Of a DNA stretch of 64,000 bases, positions 24,297-37,100 are shown one piece after another. Below the pieces are notes generated by a model. The model was not told the DNA's origin. It did not search any database and saw only the letters and a list, made by a program, of their open reading frames with translations. Source of the DNA: Macrostomum lignano (lineage: Eukaryota); the NCBI GenBank assembly GCA_002269645.1, contig NIVC01001211.1:1-64000 (forward strand). The letters run 5' to 3'. The first letter of the stretch is position 1. Each line of letters opens with the position of its first letter. A program made the position numbers and the translations under genes.

Positions 24297-27200
24297 ATGT
24301 GGCACGAGCTGCGAACGCTGCTGCTCCTGCTGGCCCTGCACGCCTGCAGCGGGTCATCCGTGCGCCTGGCTGTTGTAAGCGAAGCCGGAAGTCTCGCGGA
24401 CAGTTCGATCATCACCACAGCGGTGGACAAGCTGGTCAACGGAAACTGGAGGTATCCGGCATTCAAGACCAGTCCGATGTCGCTGGAGCTGCTGCCGACT
24501 GCGGACTCAGTGGAGGCTGCGCAGAGAGGTAAAAACAGCTTGAGATACAAATTTATTGTAGAATTCTAAGAAAGAAAATTATGTACTTTGGTGACAATCA
24601 ATAGCTGATTAGGTTCAACGACGACTTGCTTGCTTACCCGGAAAATCTCTTCTGAAACTTCAGTGTGTCGATCGACAGGTCTCAACGGCTTGGTCGTCGT
24701 CGGCTCTTGTCAGTTCGTCTCGGATGTGCTCAAAATCTCTGGCTCCCTACAATTACCGACAGTCGCAGTTCTCAGAGGCCTTTGTCGGCTACCCAGTGTG
24801 CCAGGTAAAACCCTTATTACCACAACCTATCTACTGACGCACACTTGCTTACATCACAGACAAGAATGAATCGCATATCTTTACAGACTCAGCGATCGTG
24901 TCGAGTCCACTGGCGACCGACTTCTTGAGGGCGACCGCAGAAGCAATGGACCGAGTCTCCGCTAATCTGGTCGCTGTCCTTCACGACAGACAACAGGGTG
25001 CGCATGGCTTCCTAAAGACTACTGCTCCATCTGTAAGTTGACAGCAATGCCTTCCTCAACCATGGTGGCTAACACTCGTCATTGCAGACCACTTGCTGCT
25101 TGAGCAGCTTCAGCAACTGCTCTCGGAGAAGAGAATCGCCAGCGTGATGTTTCAGTTCGACGAATGGGCCACCAATTTGACCCAAATCCTGCAAAACAGC
25201 GTCAAGGCTCAGATTCGATACTGTGTGGTCGTCTGCGAGCCCGACAAGATCCCACTCGTCTTCGAGCAGGTGAGCTCAGGTACAAATTCTTTCGCGCAAT
25301 CGATTAGGGCTTAATATCATTTGGTTGTCATTCCAGGCTCGGAACACAGCCACACTGCAGATCAACTACTTCTGGACTGTGATTGACACAGGAATTTCGC
25401 CAAGAACTATCGAGACTCTGATCCCCGCGAATGAGTCTGCGAACATCCTCTTGATCCGTGAGTCGACAGTTCTTCTCAAAGAAATGGACTGCTCTGTAGA
25501 TCTCGGAGTCGTGTATCCGGACTGCCAGTTCAGCAAGCGTTCGGTGAGGAACTCGTTCCCTGCAAACTTCTTCTGCGATGGAGCTTAGGCGCTGGCGATC
25601 TATCTGCAGTAGACCCTGAACATCCCTCAGATGCTGGAGCTGAAGGCGTTGGAGGCCGTGCTGTCATTCGCCAGAGCTACACAGAGCCTGCTGGACAGCT
25701 CCGACCTCGGCCTGACCGCCAGCAACGCGTCGTGTCGGCCGCTGCAGCCGTGGTCGGCGGGTCCCGCAGTGGCTGCGCAGCTGAAGCAGGTTGGAGTTCA
25801 GTTGCCTGTCTGACTCAGATTCTTAGCGACATGTGCAATTTGTGGTTGAGTTTGCTTTACACCGGCATACTTAATAGCTGAATCAGAGAACAGAAAGCAA
25901 AGCTTAATTGCCCTAATAGAAGCACGGCTTCTTGTAATTAATGCTTAACCCCATATTTCCTGGCATGCCTCATAGCAGCGGCTCAGCCCAGCCAACGGAA
26001 GTGCGGGGCACCGGAGCGACTACTTCCTGGAGATGCTGGGCCTGCTCAGCAACCCGGACGCAGTCGCGGAACTCGTGCCAAGCGGCCGGTTTATCGTCGA
26101 GAACGGCAGCCTTGTAGTGACCTTCGAGTACAAGGAGCGCGAGCTGCTGTTTCCCAACACCTTCGTGGACTTCAAGGGAGCTCGACTGCGGGTCTGCGCG
26201 CCGCCGGTTAGTCACGAATAGCTGAAGACTTGATGTTTTACTTCATAATAAGAAATTGGGATTACGCTCGTAAAATGGTATGAAGGGCATTGCTTGTTTC
26301 TTCAGATAAGAAAAAGTAACAAATAATTATTTCGGGACGTTATTTATGTTAGTGATAAAGTAGTTGTAACATTTTAATAATAAACCTTATCTAATAACGA
26401 GTCCCATTTTCCCAACCAGTTCCCGCCTTTCACCAGGTACAGCAACTACACCTTTGGCACGGCTTCTGGCCACTCGGTGGATATGGTCAACTATTATGCC
26501 TCGCATCTGAATTTTTCGTATGTCTGAATCAGATTTGCATTGAGCCTCAACTCATTCTCCGTTGCATTATAGAGTACAGAAACTTATTGACCTTCATTGC
26601 GGCAGGTATGACATTTTCTCCCCACCGGATATCCAGTTCGGAGCGCCGGTCGAAGGATCGCCCTACTTCAGCGGTTGCATCGGCATGCTGCAGAGAGGAG
26701 TGAGGACAGCGCCTGCTTAATGATAATTTATGTTATAAAGTACAGTTTGCTCGAATTGACAGTCTGAAACTCTGTTCTCGTTGCCTTCTTCCCAGGAAGC
26801 CGAGTTTGCCATGCCGTTTGCCATCACCAACATTCGCTACCAAGTGATCGACTACTCAGAGGACTACATGTTCTCCGCCAACACCATTCTGGTGAAGCGG
26901 CCGCCATCAGAGTCCAAGCTGTGGAATGTGTTCACGCCGCTGGCCTGGGACTCCTGGCTGCTCATTCTCGGCATGCTCGTCTTCGTTCCCATCATCGTGT
27001 TTGTGCTCGCCAGCTGCAATCCGTTCTCCGGGTGGAATCTACGCATCTCGTACGCGTTTGCCGATGAGGTGTGGCTGAAGGAGTACATCTGGTCAGTGAT
27101 TGGCAGCTTCCTGCAGCAGGGCCAGGACTTCTATCCCTTCGCTATGAGCCCCCGCACTGTTCTGGCCTTCTGGTGGATGCTCACCGTTATTCTCTATGGC

Positions 27201-28570
27201 GCATACACAGGTGAGGCTGACGTCTGCATTGTCTTTTCAATACGTAATATTAATTGATTACACCTGCCTGGGCAGGTGTGCAACCGACAGCTCAGCCGCA
27301 GCTATTGCGCGGCGCATCTGAAGGCTGAGTACAGCTGTTCAGTTCAAGGACTGAGGGATTGCCACACACTTTCAATTACCCCAGCTAATGCTGGCACCCA
27401 TTTTACAGCTGGGTGAACTGAAGCATTGCAGAGTTAAGCGTCTAGCTCAAGGACACAAATTGTTCCGGGTGGATCGAGAATCGAACCCCTGACCTTTCGG
27501 TCGTGAGTCCGATGTTCTAGCCATTAGACTATAACCCCCTAGTAGGCTACAACCCAAAGTTTTGTCTTGATAGCCGTGAGTTATCGGCGTCATTTTACTG
27601 TTGTTTTTCTCTTACCGGACAGGGGACCTCACGGCCAAGCTGGCTGTGACGGTGGCCGAGTACCCGATCCAAAGCTTGGAAGACCTGGTCTCCATGCCGC
27701 ACTACAAGGCCATGGTTGCCCGGGGCACCAACATCTACGCGACTATCATGCTGGCAACTGACGGACCCATGGCTTTGCTGCGCAGGCAGATGGTTGTCGT
27801 AGACACAATGACTACCTGCGCTGAAACCGTGAGCTGATGCCCTGGTTCTTTGTTGGCTGTTCTGTTGTATAAAATGCATGGGGTCCTAATTAGCTATAGA
27901 TATCATTGATGCCGACCATTCCAGCTGCTGATTAAGGACGCCGACCCGTACATGGTGTGCATCTCGGACAAGAGCAGCAACTCGTTCTATGCCAGCGCAT
28001 TCTGCAGCCAGGTGTACCAGGCCACCAGCCTTTTTAACTATTACTACCAGGCGATGACGTTTCCCAGAGATGCCTATTACCTGCCGGCGTTCGACTTGCT
28101 GTACGTTTTCTTCATTCCGCATTCCTTCTGGTTTTTATGCAATGCAAACAAACTGTACACATTCTGTGCGAAGTGTGTCGTTGCAGAGAATGATACGCCG
28201 AAATTAAAACTTTGATCTGAAGTGCAAAGCGGGGGTTTATTGGGGCTGATACCTCCAAGAAGGCCAGAAAAGCGAAAACCTGTGAATTCTCAAAACCATT
28301 AAAGTAGCTGACTCCTCCCAACTCTGCAGTCTTCAGCGCGGCAAGGAGAGCGGCGTCGTGGATGTTGTGACTCGGAAGTACGTCCCGCAGAGCAACGACT
28401 GCGGCGGCAGCAACGCGGCTGCTCAGGCGGCGGCCATATCGCTGGAGGGTGTCGGAGGCGCCTACATCATCTGCCTGGGCCTGTACGTGTGCGGTGGGCT
28501 CGTCCTGCTGGTGGAGCTGCTCTGGGTGATGTGGCTCGGGAAGCAGCCACTGGACATGCCAGGATACTGA
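24297..28570 (+). CDS. iGluR/IR-like receptor copy 3, apparently intact, multi-exon
   Basis: ATD near-identical to copy 2. Distinct LBD (EAEFAMPFAITNIRYQVIDYS); WSVIGSFLQQG; AYTGDLTAKL; ends ...QPLDMPGY*. Confidence 0.93.
27246..27540 (-). mobile_element. tRNA-derived CORE-like SINE, copy 3 (intron of receptor copy 3)
   Basis: cccattttacagctgggtgaactgaagcattgcagagttaagcgtctagctcaaggacaca followed by gagaatcgaacccctgacc. Confidence 0.85.
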
Positions 28571-30214
28571 TGAGGGGCGCCGGAATCAATTAAGCTCAGG
28601 CTGGATTAATTCGTTTCAATCCAGTTTGCGATAAATAAACATTTGCGATGCTAATAGCTTGCACATTAGACTTACACAATGAAAATTCACAATTCGCAAT
28701 CAATAATTCGTTCACGTTGCAGTCGCAGCAACTCACTTTTAGAAGCTGAAATGTAAAAGTGGGCACCACGCTTTTTCGCTTACCTTAAGCTTCATTCTTT
28801 ACATGCAGTTTCCCCAGCCTTGCAGAATTCGGACTCGTTTCCGGCTTAGTAACTGCAGCGCTCGCATCCCCAAACGGACGTTGCTAGCTTTTGCTCAGAG
28901 CAGAATTCCAGTAAATAATATTAGTCCTCGTACACCGCACTCGTTCCACATCCGTGTCTCTCTCAAATGTATTGAATGCATTATAGCAATGTGGGAATGA
29001 TGAAGCCGAGAAAAACTCACCAAGGCGAAATGCTTTGCTTAGGCCGAACGCGACCCGAAATTTGATGCCATGTCAAAGATTTTCGATAAAAAATGAAAAC
29101 TCGCAAAAGCATTTGATCTGCACTGGCTGCATTTTACATCAGAAATGATTAATAAATAAAACATTCGCAACAGAGCTGTTGGTACAGGCGGAGAATGTAT
29201 TTGACCGCCAGTGCGGTGACATGGAAGACGCAACGAGTTCCAAAATGAAAAGCTAAAACAGGAGAGCAGCAAAGCTTTGTACAGAGTTCGGCAGCCCCAC
29301 AGCTCGCCAGCAATTTTGTTCGATTGGAGGTCGCGCACAGAGGAGCGCCAGAGATCGGAGCACAAAGGGACCGGCATGAGGAACTGCTCAGCACAGGTAC
29401 TACAGGTAGCAAACAATATTAGTGAGCGAAACTAAATAAAAAGTGTAATGATGCATAGCAGTGAGTACTGAGATCTACAAGCAGTAGCACGGATAGAGCA
29501 GAGCTTAGTTGCATAAAAATTGATTAGTAAAATGGTTAAAAAGTGTCAAATAAAAAACACAAAGGAAGCACATTGGACAAAAAGGACACAAACGAATGAT
29601 TTGATTTGGCCTAAAAAACTGGCCTGGAAGATGGAGTGCGGCCTGCGCACAGCAAACCCTTGAGATCTGCGGTGCCCGAGCTTGAGGCTGCTCAGGTCTC
29701 AGGTCAGCGATTTGCGGGGAAGTGCGGCAGGCCATGGCATCAGCCGCTGCCAGCTGCAAGGAGGTCAAAGGAGATTCGCAGCAGCAGGCTTGGCAGCGCG
29801 GACGACACGCCACAAGACGGCGACAAAAGTTCGCCGCAGGACAGAATGACAAGTAAAATGTAAAACAAGCCTTCAGTAGAATAGAAACAGCATTCAGCAG
29901 GTCTTTCAACGTAGTGAAAAGATTCTACGAGCTATTATGAAGTGAAGTGAGAGTAAAAATTTGTAAAACCACTCTGGCTTCGAGAATCAGTGAATAAGCC
30001 TATCATTGAATTTCTATTCAGACAGCGCGTCAGTAAGTTAATTCACTAATGAATTACAGCAGAGTAGCACCAGATTCGCCCTACAGTTTACAGCTGTTGT
30101 CCACATGAAACAGCTCCACATTCACCCCGGAGTCACCCAATAGTCACCACAGAGCTACCCCACAGTCCCACAGAGTCACTTGAAAGTCACATTTGAGCTG
30201 GCTTAGGGTCCCCG

Positions 30215-30636
30215 CACAGTCACTCCATAGTCCCCATAGAGTCACTCTATAGTCCCCATAGAGTCACTCTATAGTCCCCATAGAGTCACTCTATAGTCCC
30301 CATAGAGTCACTCTATAGTCCCCATAGAGTCACTCCAAGAGTCACTCCATAGTCCCCGTAGAGTCACTCCTTAGTCCCCGTAGAGTCACTCCTTAGTCCC
30401 CGTAGAGTCACTCCTTAGTCCCGTAGAGTCACTCCTTAGTCCCCATAGAGTCACTCTATAGTCCCCGTAGAGTCACTCCTTAGTCCCCGTAGAGTCACTC
30501 CTTAGTCCCCATAGAGTCACTCTATAGTCCCCGTAGAGTCACTCCATAGTCCCCGTAGAGTCACTCCATAGTCCCCGTAGAGTCACTCCATAGTCCCCGT
30601 AGAGTCACTTCATAGTCCCCGTAGAGTCACTTCATA
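30215..30636. repeat. 22-bp minisatellite directly 3' of the claudin stop
   Basis: Unit tagagtcactc(t/c)atagtcccc(a/g). Confidence 0.95.
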
Positions 30637-30672
30637 AGTCACCCAAGCCAGCCGCAGCGCAGATCCCTGAGG

Positions 30673-31455
30673 CTACACCAGGCTGTCCTCGGGCGGGGCC
30701 GGCCGCCGGGCCGCGGTGAACTTCTTGTCGATGCCGGAGGCCCCGGCCGCAAATTTGTCCGCAGTCTCGGCGTCGTCCTCGCCAATGAGCTGCTGCTGCT
30801 CGGCGAACAGCAGCTCCTCCTCGGACTTTCCAACAAAGCGGATGACGGTGAAGGCCAGCGCGAAGAAGCTGGCGAAGTTGGCGAAGCAGGCGCAGGCGTA
30901 GGAGAAGCCGAGCCGGTTGTAGTCCGGCCGCGGCATCCACCGCCGGTCGAGGCTGTTCAGGCCCACGAAGATGATCTGGACGAGGATGGCGCAGCTGGCC
31001 AGCAGGTGCATGGCGCCGCACAGCTTGAGCTGCTTGAGATTGGCCGGCAGCTCCTCGATGCGCCGCTTGGAGACGTAGCGGTGGCAGGCGAGGCGGCTGA
31101 CGATCACTGTGGCGATGATGAGGAAGATGAGGGTGAGGATGGACAGCATCTGCACAGCGTAGAACCAGGGCGGGTTCAGCCAGCTGCGGATGTAGTAGTA
31201 CTCGGGGTAGTAGATGTACCAGCAGCCGTAGTAGGCCTTGGACACATAGTCCTCGGGGTGCAGGTAGCCTTTGAAGCAGGCGGTCCACAGGCCGAGGCGG
31301 AGGAAGGTGCTCTCCATCTCCGGCTTCAGCTCGATCCAGTTGGGCGTCACGAAGGCCACAAAGTACAGGATGCAGGCCAGCACAGTGCAGACAAGCACGC
31401 AACGGAAGGCGAGGTCCCGAGGCAGGCGGGCCCCAAAGTTTGGTGCTGGTTGCAT
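30673..31455 (-). CDS. Invertebrate claudin-like tetraspan protein (PMP22/claudin family, Sinuous/Kune-like), single coding exon, 260 aa
   Basis: Four hydrophobic segments. ECL1 signature W...LGLW..C...C (TPNWI...LGLWTACFKG...YYGCW). NPPWFYAVQ motif. GC3-rich codons. C-terminus SLV. Confidence 0.9.
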   Translation of the reverse strand: MQPAPNFGARLPRDLAFRCVLVCTVLACILYFVAFVTPNWIELKPEMESTFLRLGLWTACFKGYLHPEDYVSKAYYGCWYIYYPEYYYIRSWLNPPWFYAVQMLSILTLIFLIIATVIVSRLACHRYVSKRRIEELPANLKQLKLCGAMHLLASCAILVQIIFVGLNSLDRRWMPRPDYNRLGFSYACACFANFASFFALAFTVIRFVGKSEEELLFAEQQQLIGEDDAETADKFAAGASGIDKKFTAARRPAPPEDSLV

Positions 31456-33993
31456 GTTGTTGGTGCTATTCAGTCAGAGCAGCAAGATGTGATGCGGTGG
31501 ACTATTTGGCGTGAGATGAAAATTTGATTTACTGGAAACTAAATAAATATAAATAATAAATACTCTAGATATGATGTCTCCCAATCAAAACAATTAAATA
31601 ATTTGTCTTTTCAGTTCTTTCGTGGTGGTTTTATTCTTATAGATACTATTTTTGGTTAAATACACGCCAAGCAATGCACTGGTATCTGCACTGATTTTGA
31701 TCCAAATTTGACCTGTCTGGTCAATATAAATTTTCAATAAGTTGATAGCTTAAGCTTTAGTCTTGCTTAGGTTTTTATTTCCCATTTATTGTTCAGTCCA
31801 TTTGAGCTTCAAGGCAAATTAATAAATAAGTTTATGGTTAGTCAACCTATAGTTCATTTTTAGCTATAAAAATTAGACAAAATTTTTAGACAAAATTAGA
31901 CAAAACAAAAAATATCACACTTAGTTTAGTTTGAGTTATTATTGGCATATTATATATTAGACCCTTATGATCTCCATAGAAAATTTTACTAGGAAACAAA
32001 AAAATGCCCATTCAGAGTTTATCAAAGAAAAAAGGCTCCAACCTCAATAAAATCTGCCAGTGGCTTTGGCTTAATATGGTAAACTATGAGCAGATCTGCA
32101 GATGTACGAGTATGAACAATGAACATACATCAAACAACAACACATTCAAAGCAGGAAAACCCAGGAGTATGCAGGGAAATCCAATTTTATAAACCATTAT
32201 GGAACGCTAATACTGATCATGAGCCATGAGTAAATATAGGTCAAGTTTCTATAAATCTGACCCTTTTTTCTCTGTTGACTGTAGTTATATATATGAAGAA
32301 GACTATAGATTGTTTTAACTAATATATTGTTATAGTATTCTTTAAAATATGGCTACCCTAATGCAACTAATGCAAGCAGTTATTATTGAAGAAGGCTAAT
32401 AAAACAATTATATCAAAATTGCCATTTTTTACTCTCAGATTTATTTTCTCAGAAAGCAGTGCACAGACATGGAAGCCGTGTTTATCTGAAGAAAATTATA
32501 GCGAAAATAACTTAGACTAAACAAAATGCTTAAGATACTCAAAATCAAGTAATATTTTATAGGTTTCGTTCGGTTATTTTGACTAGACTATCGAATACAA
32601 GAGGCAGAGCTTATCATATTCCTTCCTTCGCTTAAAAATATCTACTTCCTGTCAAAGTCAAAAACAAAAACATCAACTATGCTTCAATTTTACTAATACA
32701 TCAAAGTATACCCTGTAGTTTATATACAAACTATAGATAAAATAAAAAACAGTGAGACATACATTTTTTTGGATATCTATTCAAGAGTTTTATAATCGTT
32801 ATACTTATTCTAATGATATGCATTTAAAAATCCGACAAACTGCACGTGGCCCGCGCGCGCGTAGCCGCGTAGGCCCGTAGGCATAGCTGGCTAAATGTTC
32901 AGACAGCGAATCACAATTACGTTGTTATATAGCTATAGTCATAGAAACGCCATTCAAAATTAGAATTTCAAAGCCTAAGCCACCAATTTTTTTCCTGCTG
33001 GCTAGGTGCATCCATACAGTCAATCTTTTGTCCAATAACAAAGCTTGTCTCATTATCCTCAAGACCTCAGCTTTGATTTCACTTTCGTCTTTGTCATATA
33101 GTTGCAGCATTCCAATGCATCGATTAATCAATATTATAGTAGGCCTACTTCATGTAAATATAATTAAAATTAAACATCTAGGCTGTACTATAACTAGGGA
33201 CTGTAGTCTGTACACTGTGGCAGTGTAGGTAGTGAGATTTTTAAAGTTATTTTTTGTTTTTGTTTTTCTTTTGATAAGTCTTATTTATTTCCATAATGAT
33301 GATTGATGAGTAGGCTAATATGACACCTTTATAAAATTTTTAAAAATTGTTCAAATATAATAAAAAAGTTACAATTTTTTTGTTCTCTAAGACTAAATTT
33401 TCATTTTTGTAATACATTTTGCCTATTAGCACAGTGACAATTTTTGCTCAAAAACTAATGAGCAAAAGCCTGAAGCTGAACCTGATATTTCTATTTCTAT
33501 TTGATGATATTTATGTTTGGATTACACATTGAAATGATTATATATTGAAGCTGATATATAAGTATCATCCAACAAATGCACTTTCAACTTTGCATATTTT
33601 TTGTTTTTATTTAATTTTTTAGTTTTAAACATGCACGCCATTTTCACTCTGTACAATTGAGCAAAATATAAAATGATCATAAACCAAAATTGGTTAAATA
33701 GAAGGTGATCATAAACCAAAGGAATGCCAAAATTTCAGTTATGTTATATTAATTGTTAATCATACATGTGCAACCAACCCCTTTTGATTTACACTAGGCC
33801 TAGCTATGCAGTTTACCTTGTTGACTAAAAAATGATTTATCTAAGAAAGAAACTTTAAAGCAAAAATTAATGCAATTTTAGGTTAATAACAAGAGTAACT
33901 TTGATTGTCTTATTAAGGTTAAATGCCTTATCATCTAATTAGTTATATCTTTTTTTTGAATAAGCATTTTTGTTATCCGCTAGAAGTATACAT

Positions 33994-34151
33994 GCGCAAC
34001 CTTGGGAATCACTCGGCCATTTCTATTGGCAACACACACATGTAAGTTGCTATTGGCTGAGAGCAGTCACGTGACTACTATTCCATCCAATAGCAACTTA
34101 CATATGTGTGTGTTGCCAATAGAAATGGCCGGGTGAATCCCTAGGTTGCGC
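33994..34151. other. ~158-nt near-perfect inverted repeat (foldback/MITE-like or hairpin RNA)
   Basis: gcgcaacc..cggccatttctattggcaacacacacat..gtaagttgctattgg pairs with ccaatagcaacttac..atgtgtgtgttgccaatagaaatggccg..ggttgcgc. The centre contains agtcacgtgact. Confidence 0.9.
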
Positions 34152-37100
34152 CCAAGCATGACTAGAAGCAATCATCATAATCAGTATATTAATAATAAAT
34201 TTATTTTATTTTTTACTTTAACCACTTCTCATTATTTGTATTGCAAGTTTGTTATTTAATTTAGATAGTATTTGTATGTGTTGACTATAAAATAACCATC
34301 TTGCTTTTTATTTAATCACTATAACAATAAAACTACCTTAAATTTTGTCAAAATTTCAAGTCTATCTACAAAGATTGATTGAAAAGAAAAGGTATTATAT
34401 TAGCTTAGACTTTTATAATGACTTTTTCTATGTTAAACTTATTAATTTTTTGTTATCCCAAATGCTCTGTGTGAAGATCTGCACTGACTCTGTTGGCTTA
34501 TAGTGCATTATATGAATTTTAATCATTCAGCAATGACTAGCTTCTTCTTTGGGAAAGTCTTCTAAATTATTAATTTTCTAATATTTGCAAGTCTATTTCC
34601 TCTAGCTCCTTAGGCATAACACTGACAATCTGCACTATATTCATTTTGGCTTTGCTAAAAGAGTGTCAATGACCTGCCAATTTTTAGCCATGTCTGTGAG
34701 ATTATTGATGCAACTAAGAGCAGCAAAGCTTTGTAGCTAAGTTTCCATCATTGTGGGGTCATTTAGCTGCAGATTGTCTGCTCGCAATGCTATTGTTGTG
34801 CCATAGCAATAAGGAATACTCTTTGTTATCAGAGAGAACTTAGGCTGAGCCACAAGAAAAATATACAACTTTAAGTTATGGCCAAACTGGCCTTTATACT
34901 ATCAAGAAACCATTGACAGTGATAGCATATGCTGCCTACAATATAGTGCAATCAAACATTTCAACTCTAGCCTATGCACAATATGCTGCGTGTATGCTAT
35001 GTATATTGGCAATGAATAAATATTATATATACAAAATCAGTGAAAGTCAATTAGCTGAGCCCAGGCAGTGCTATATATATAATTTTATAGATTACATTTT
35101 ACAAAAAAGCCATCTTTTTTAAAGAGATAGGGGACTAATATAGTTTAATAAATTGTCCTAGTAAAAGCCAAATAAAAAAATTGTAAAAGTATTTTCTTTA
35201 TAAAAAAGTATTTTTCTTCTTTAAGGTTTTTAGATATAATTGCATTACAAATGCAAAGTTATTTATGCTCAAATAATTTTTACTAAATTTGCCTTCTATA
35301 TGCATATTGGTAAGCCATAAGACTTACTAGTTAGCAATGGGATAAATATTTGGAATATTAGGAATTGAATTGAATTAACCAAATATTAAGTTTGAACTAT
35401 AAATTACAAAATTACTAATCTGTTTACAATGCCAAATTGTCACTATGATATAAGATAAAGATTTGGAAGAAGAGTTGAATAATAGTGTTGTGGCTCAAAA
35501 TGAAAGGAAAAATTAGGATAAATAGGAATTAGGGAATTAAATACTAAGAAGTTTGTTTGAAGAATTAAGTGTTGAAGGTTATAAGCTTGTTGCTTATAAA
35601 TCACTGAAAGAATTAAGGATAAGAAAACATGTGGCATATATTAAGTAAAGTTAGATGCTTAAGCAATTATAAGCATGTTTTGCTCAGATTGAGCACTAAG
35701 ACTTTAGGAGGCTTTGAGGCTTTAGGAAAAGTGGAGCATTAAGAACAAGTTTATGGAACATAGATACTAGGGCTCTGATTCCATAAACTTGAAGAATGGA
35801 GTTGGGATTTGGTCTAGATATATTTCTTTAGACAAAAAGATGCATTCCAAAGTCAAGAGCTGCTAAAAAGAATAGGGCTTATAGTCAAGATCATGTTATG
35901 AGTGTGCCAAGGTATACAAGGCAAAATGCATTAGTGCACCAAGTTGTGCCTGTGGTAAGTCTAAAATCTCCTAGCCCTTAGCTTACTTTAGCATAGACAA
36001 ACATTCATCTGAATTAAAAAAAATTGAAAATATTTTTGATAAAGCTTTTATCCTTTATATATACTTGCAAAATAATTATTAAGCTTTATACTTCAAACTT
36101 TAACCTACATAAATTTTCTATAAAAATTTAATAAAAAATACTAAAGCTGAAGACTGGGATTTAATATAGCTAGTTATAGCTAGTCAAATGATCTAGCACT
36201 TGCAAAATAGTGCACTTGTGCTATATACCAATTATATATAAATGACTATATTTAGCAAGGCTAGAAGCATAATAAATATATTATGGCCAGAGGTATAGTA
36301 TTGCCATAACAATGTCAAGGCTAAATGGCTATCCATTGCCAAGGCTATGAGGTGGGAGCAGGTTTTGATATTTGTTAGTTGTTTCTTGTTGTTTGACACC
36401 AATAAGGTAGATGGTTTAGTATTTTGAACTTGTCTACATAGAGTTTGCATAATTCAAATTGGAAAATCTCATACAGTAGAATTTAGCTCTAGTGATTATG
36501 CTTGGTTATTCTATTTACCAGGTCCTCAATTCTTGGGAGAGAGTAGTTAAAATTGTGGTGAAGCATAAATCTGGTGCAGTTGTTTATGACTCCTAATACC
36601 AAATTTAATATATAGTTATTTCTTTTAATGCTTATTATAAATAGCATAGTGCTGCCTCCATTACAATTAACATTATTAGTTAATGGAGTACCATAATTAA
36701 GTACCATAGCTAAGTAGGCTAAGAGCTCAATATTTTATATAGGCCCAACTGGCCACCTTGTTGCTATATAGACCATTGAAAAGTACCAAAAGCTATAAAG
36801 GAGTATGAGCCATAAGAAAATGCTCATAAGTTTAGGAATGGTGATAGGCTAAGTACCTAGATGTGTCACCTGGTTGAGGCTAGGTAGCAACAAGAGGCCC
36901 AATATGAGCCTGTAATGAGGGGACCAAAGTTATGAAGTAGGCCGCAACATTATGGACACTAGCTTATGTCTAAGGCACCCAACGTAGCTTGGCTCGCACC
37001 ATCAGCACCATTAGATTATATTATAAATCATATATTTCAACATTTGGCTATCTTAGTGTTTGAAAGGCTCAGGGGCCAATAACATAAGAAAAAAAGTAAA

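Noticed and set aside
30632-31527. Alternative-frame and antisense ORFs over the claudin
   Set aside because: Expected shadows of very high GC3 coding sequence.
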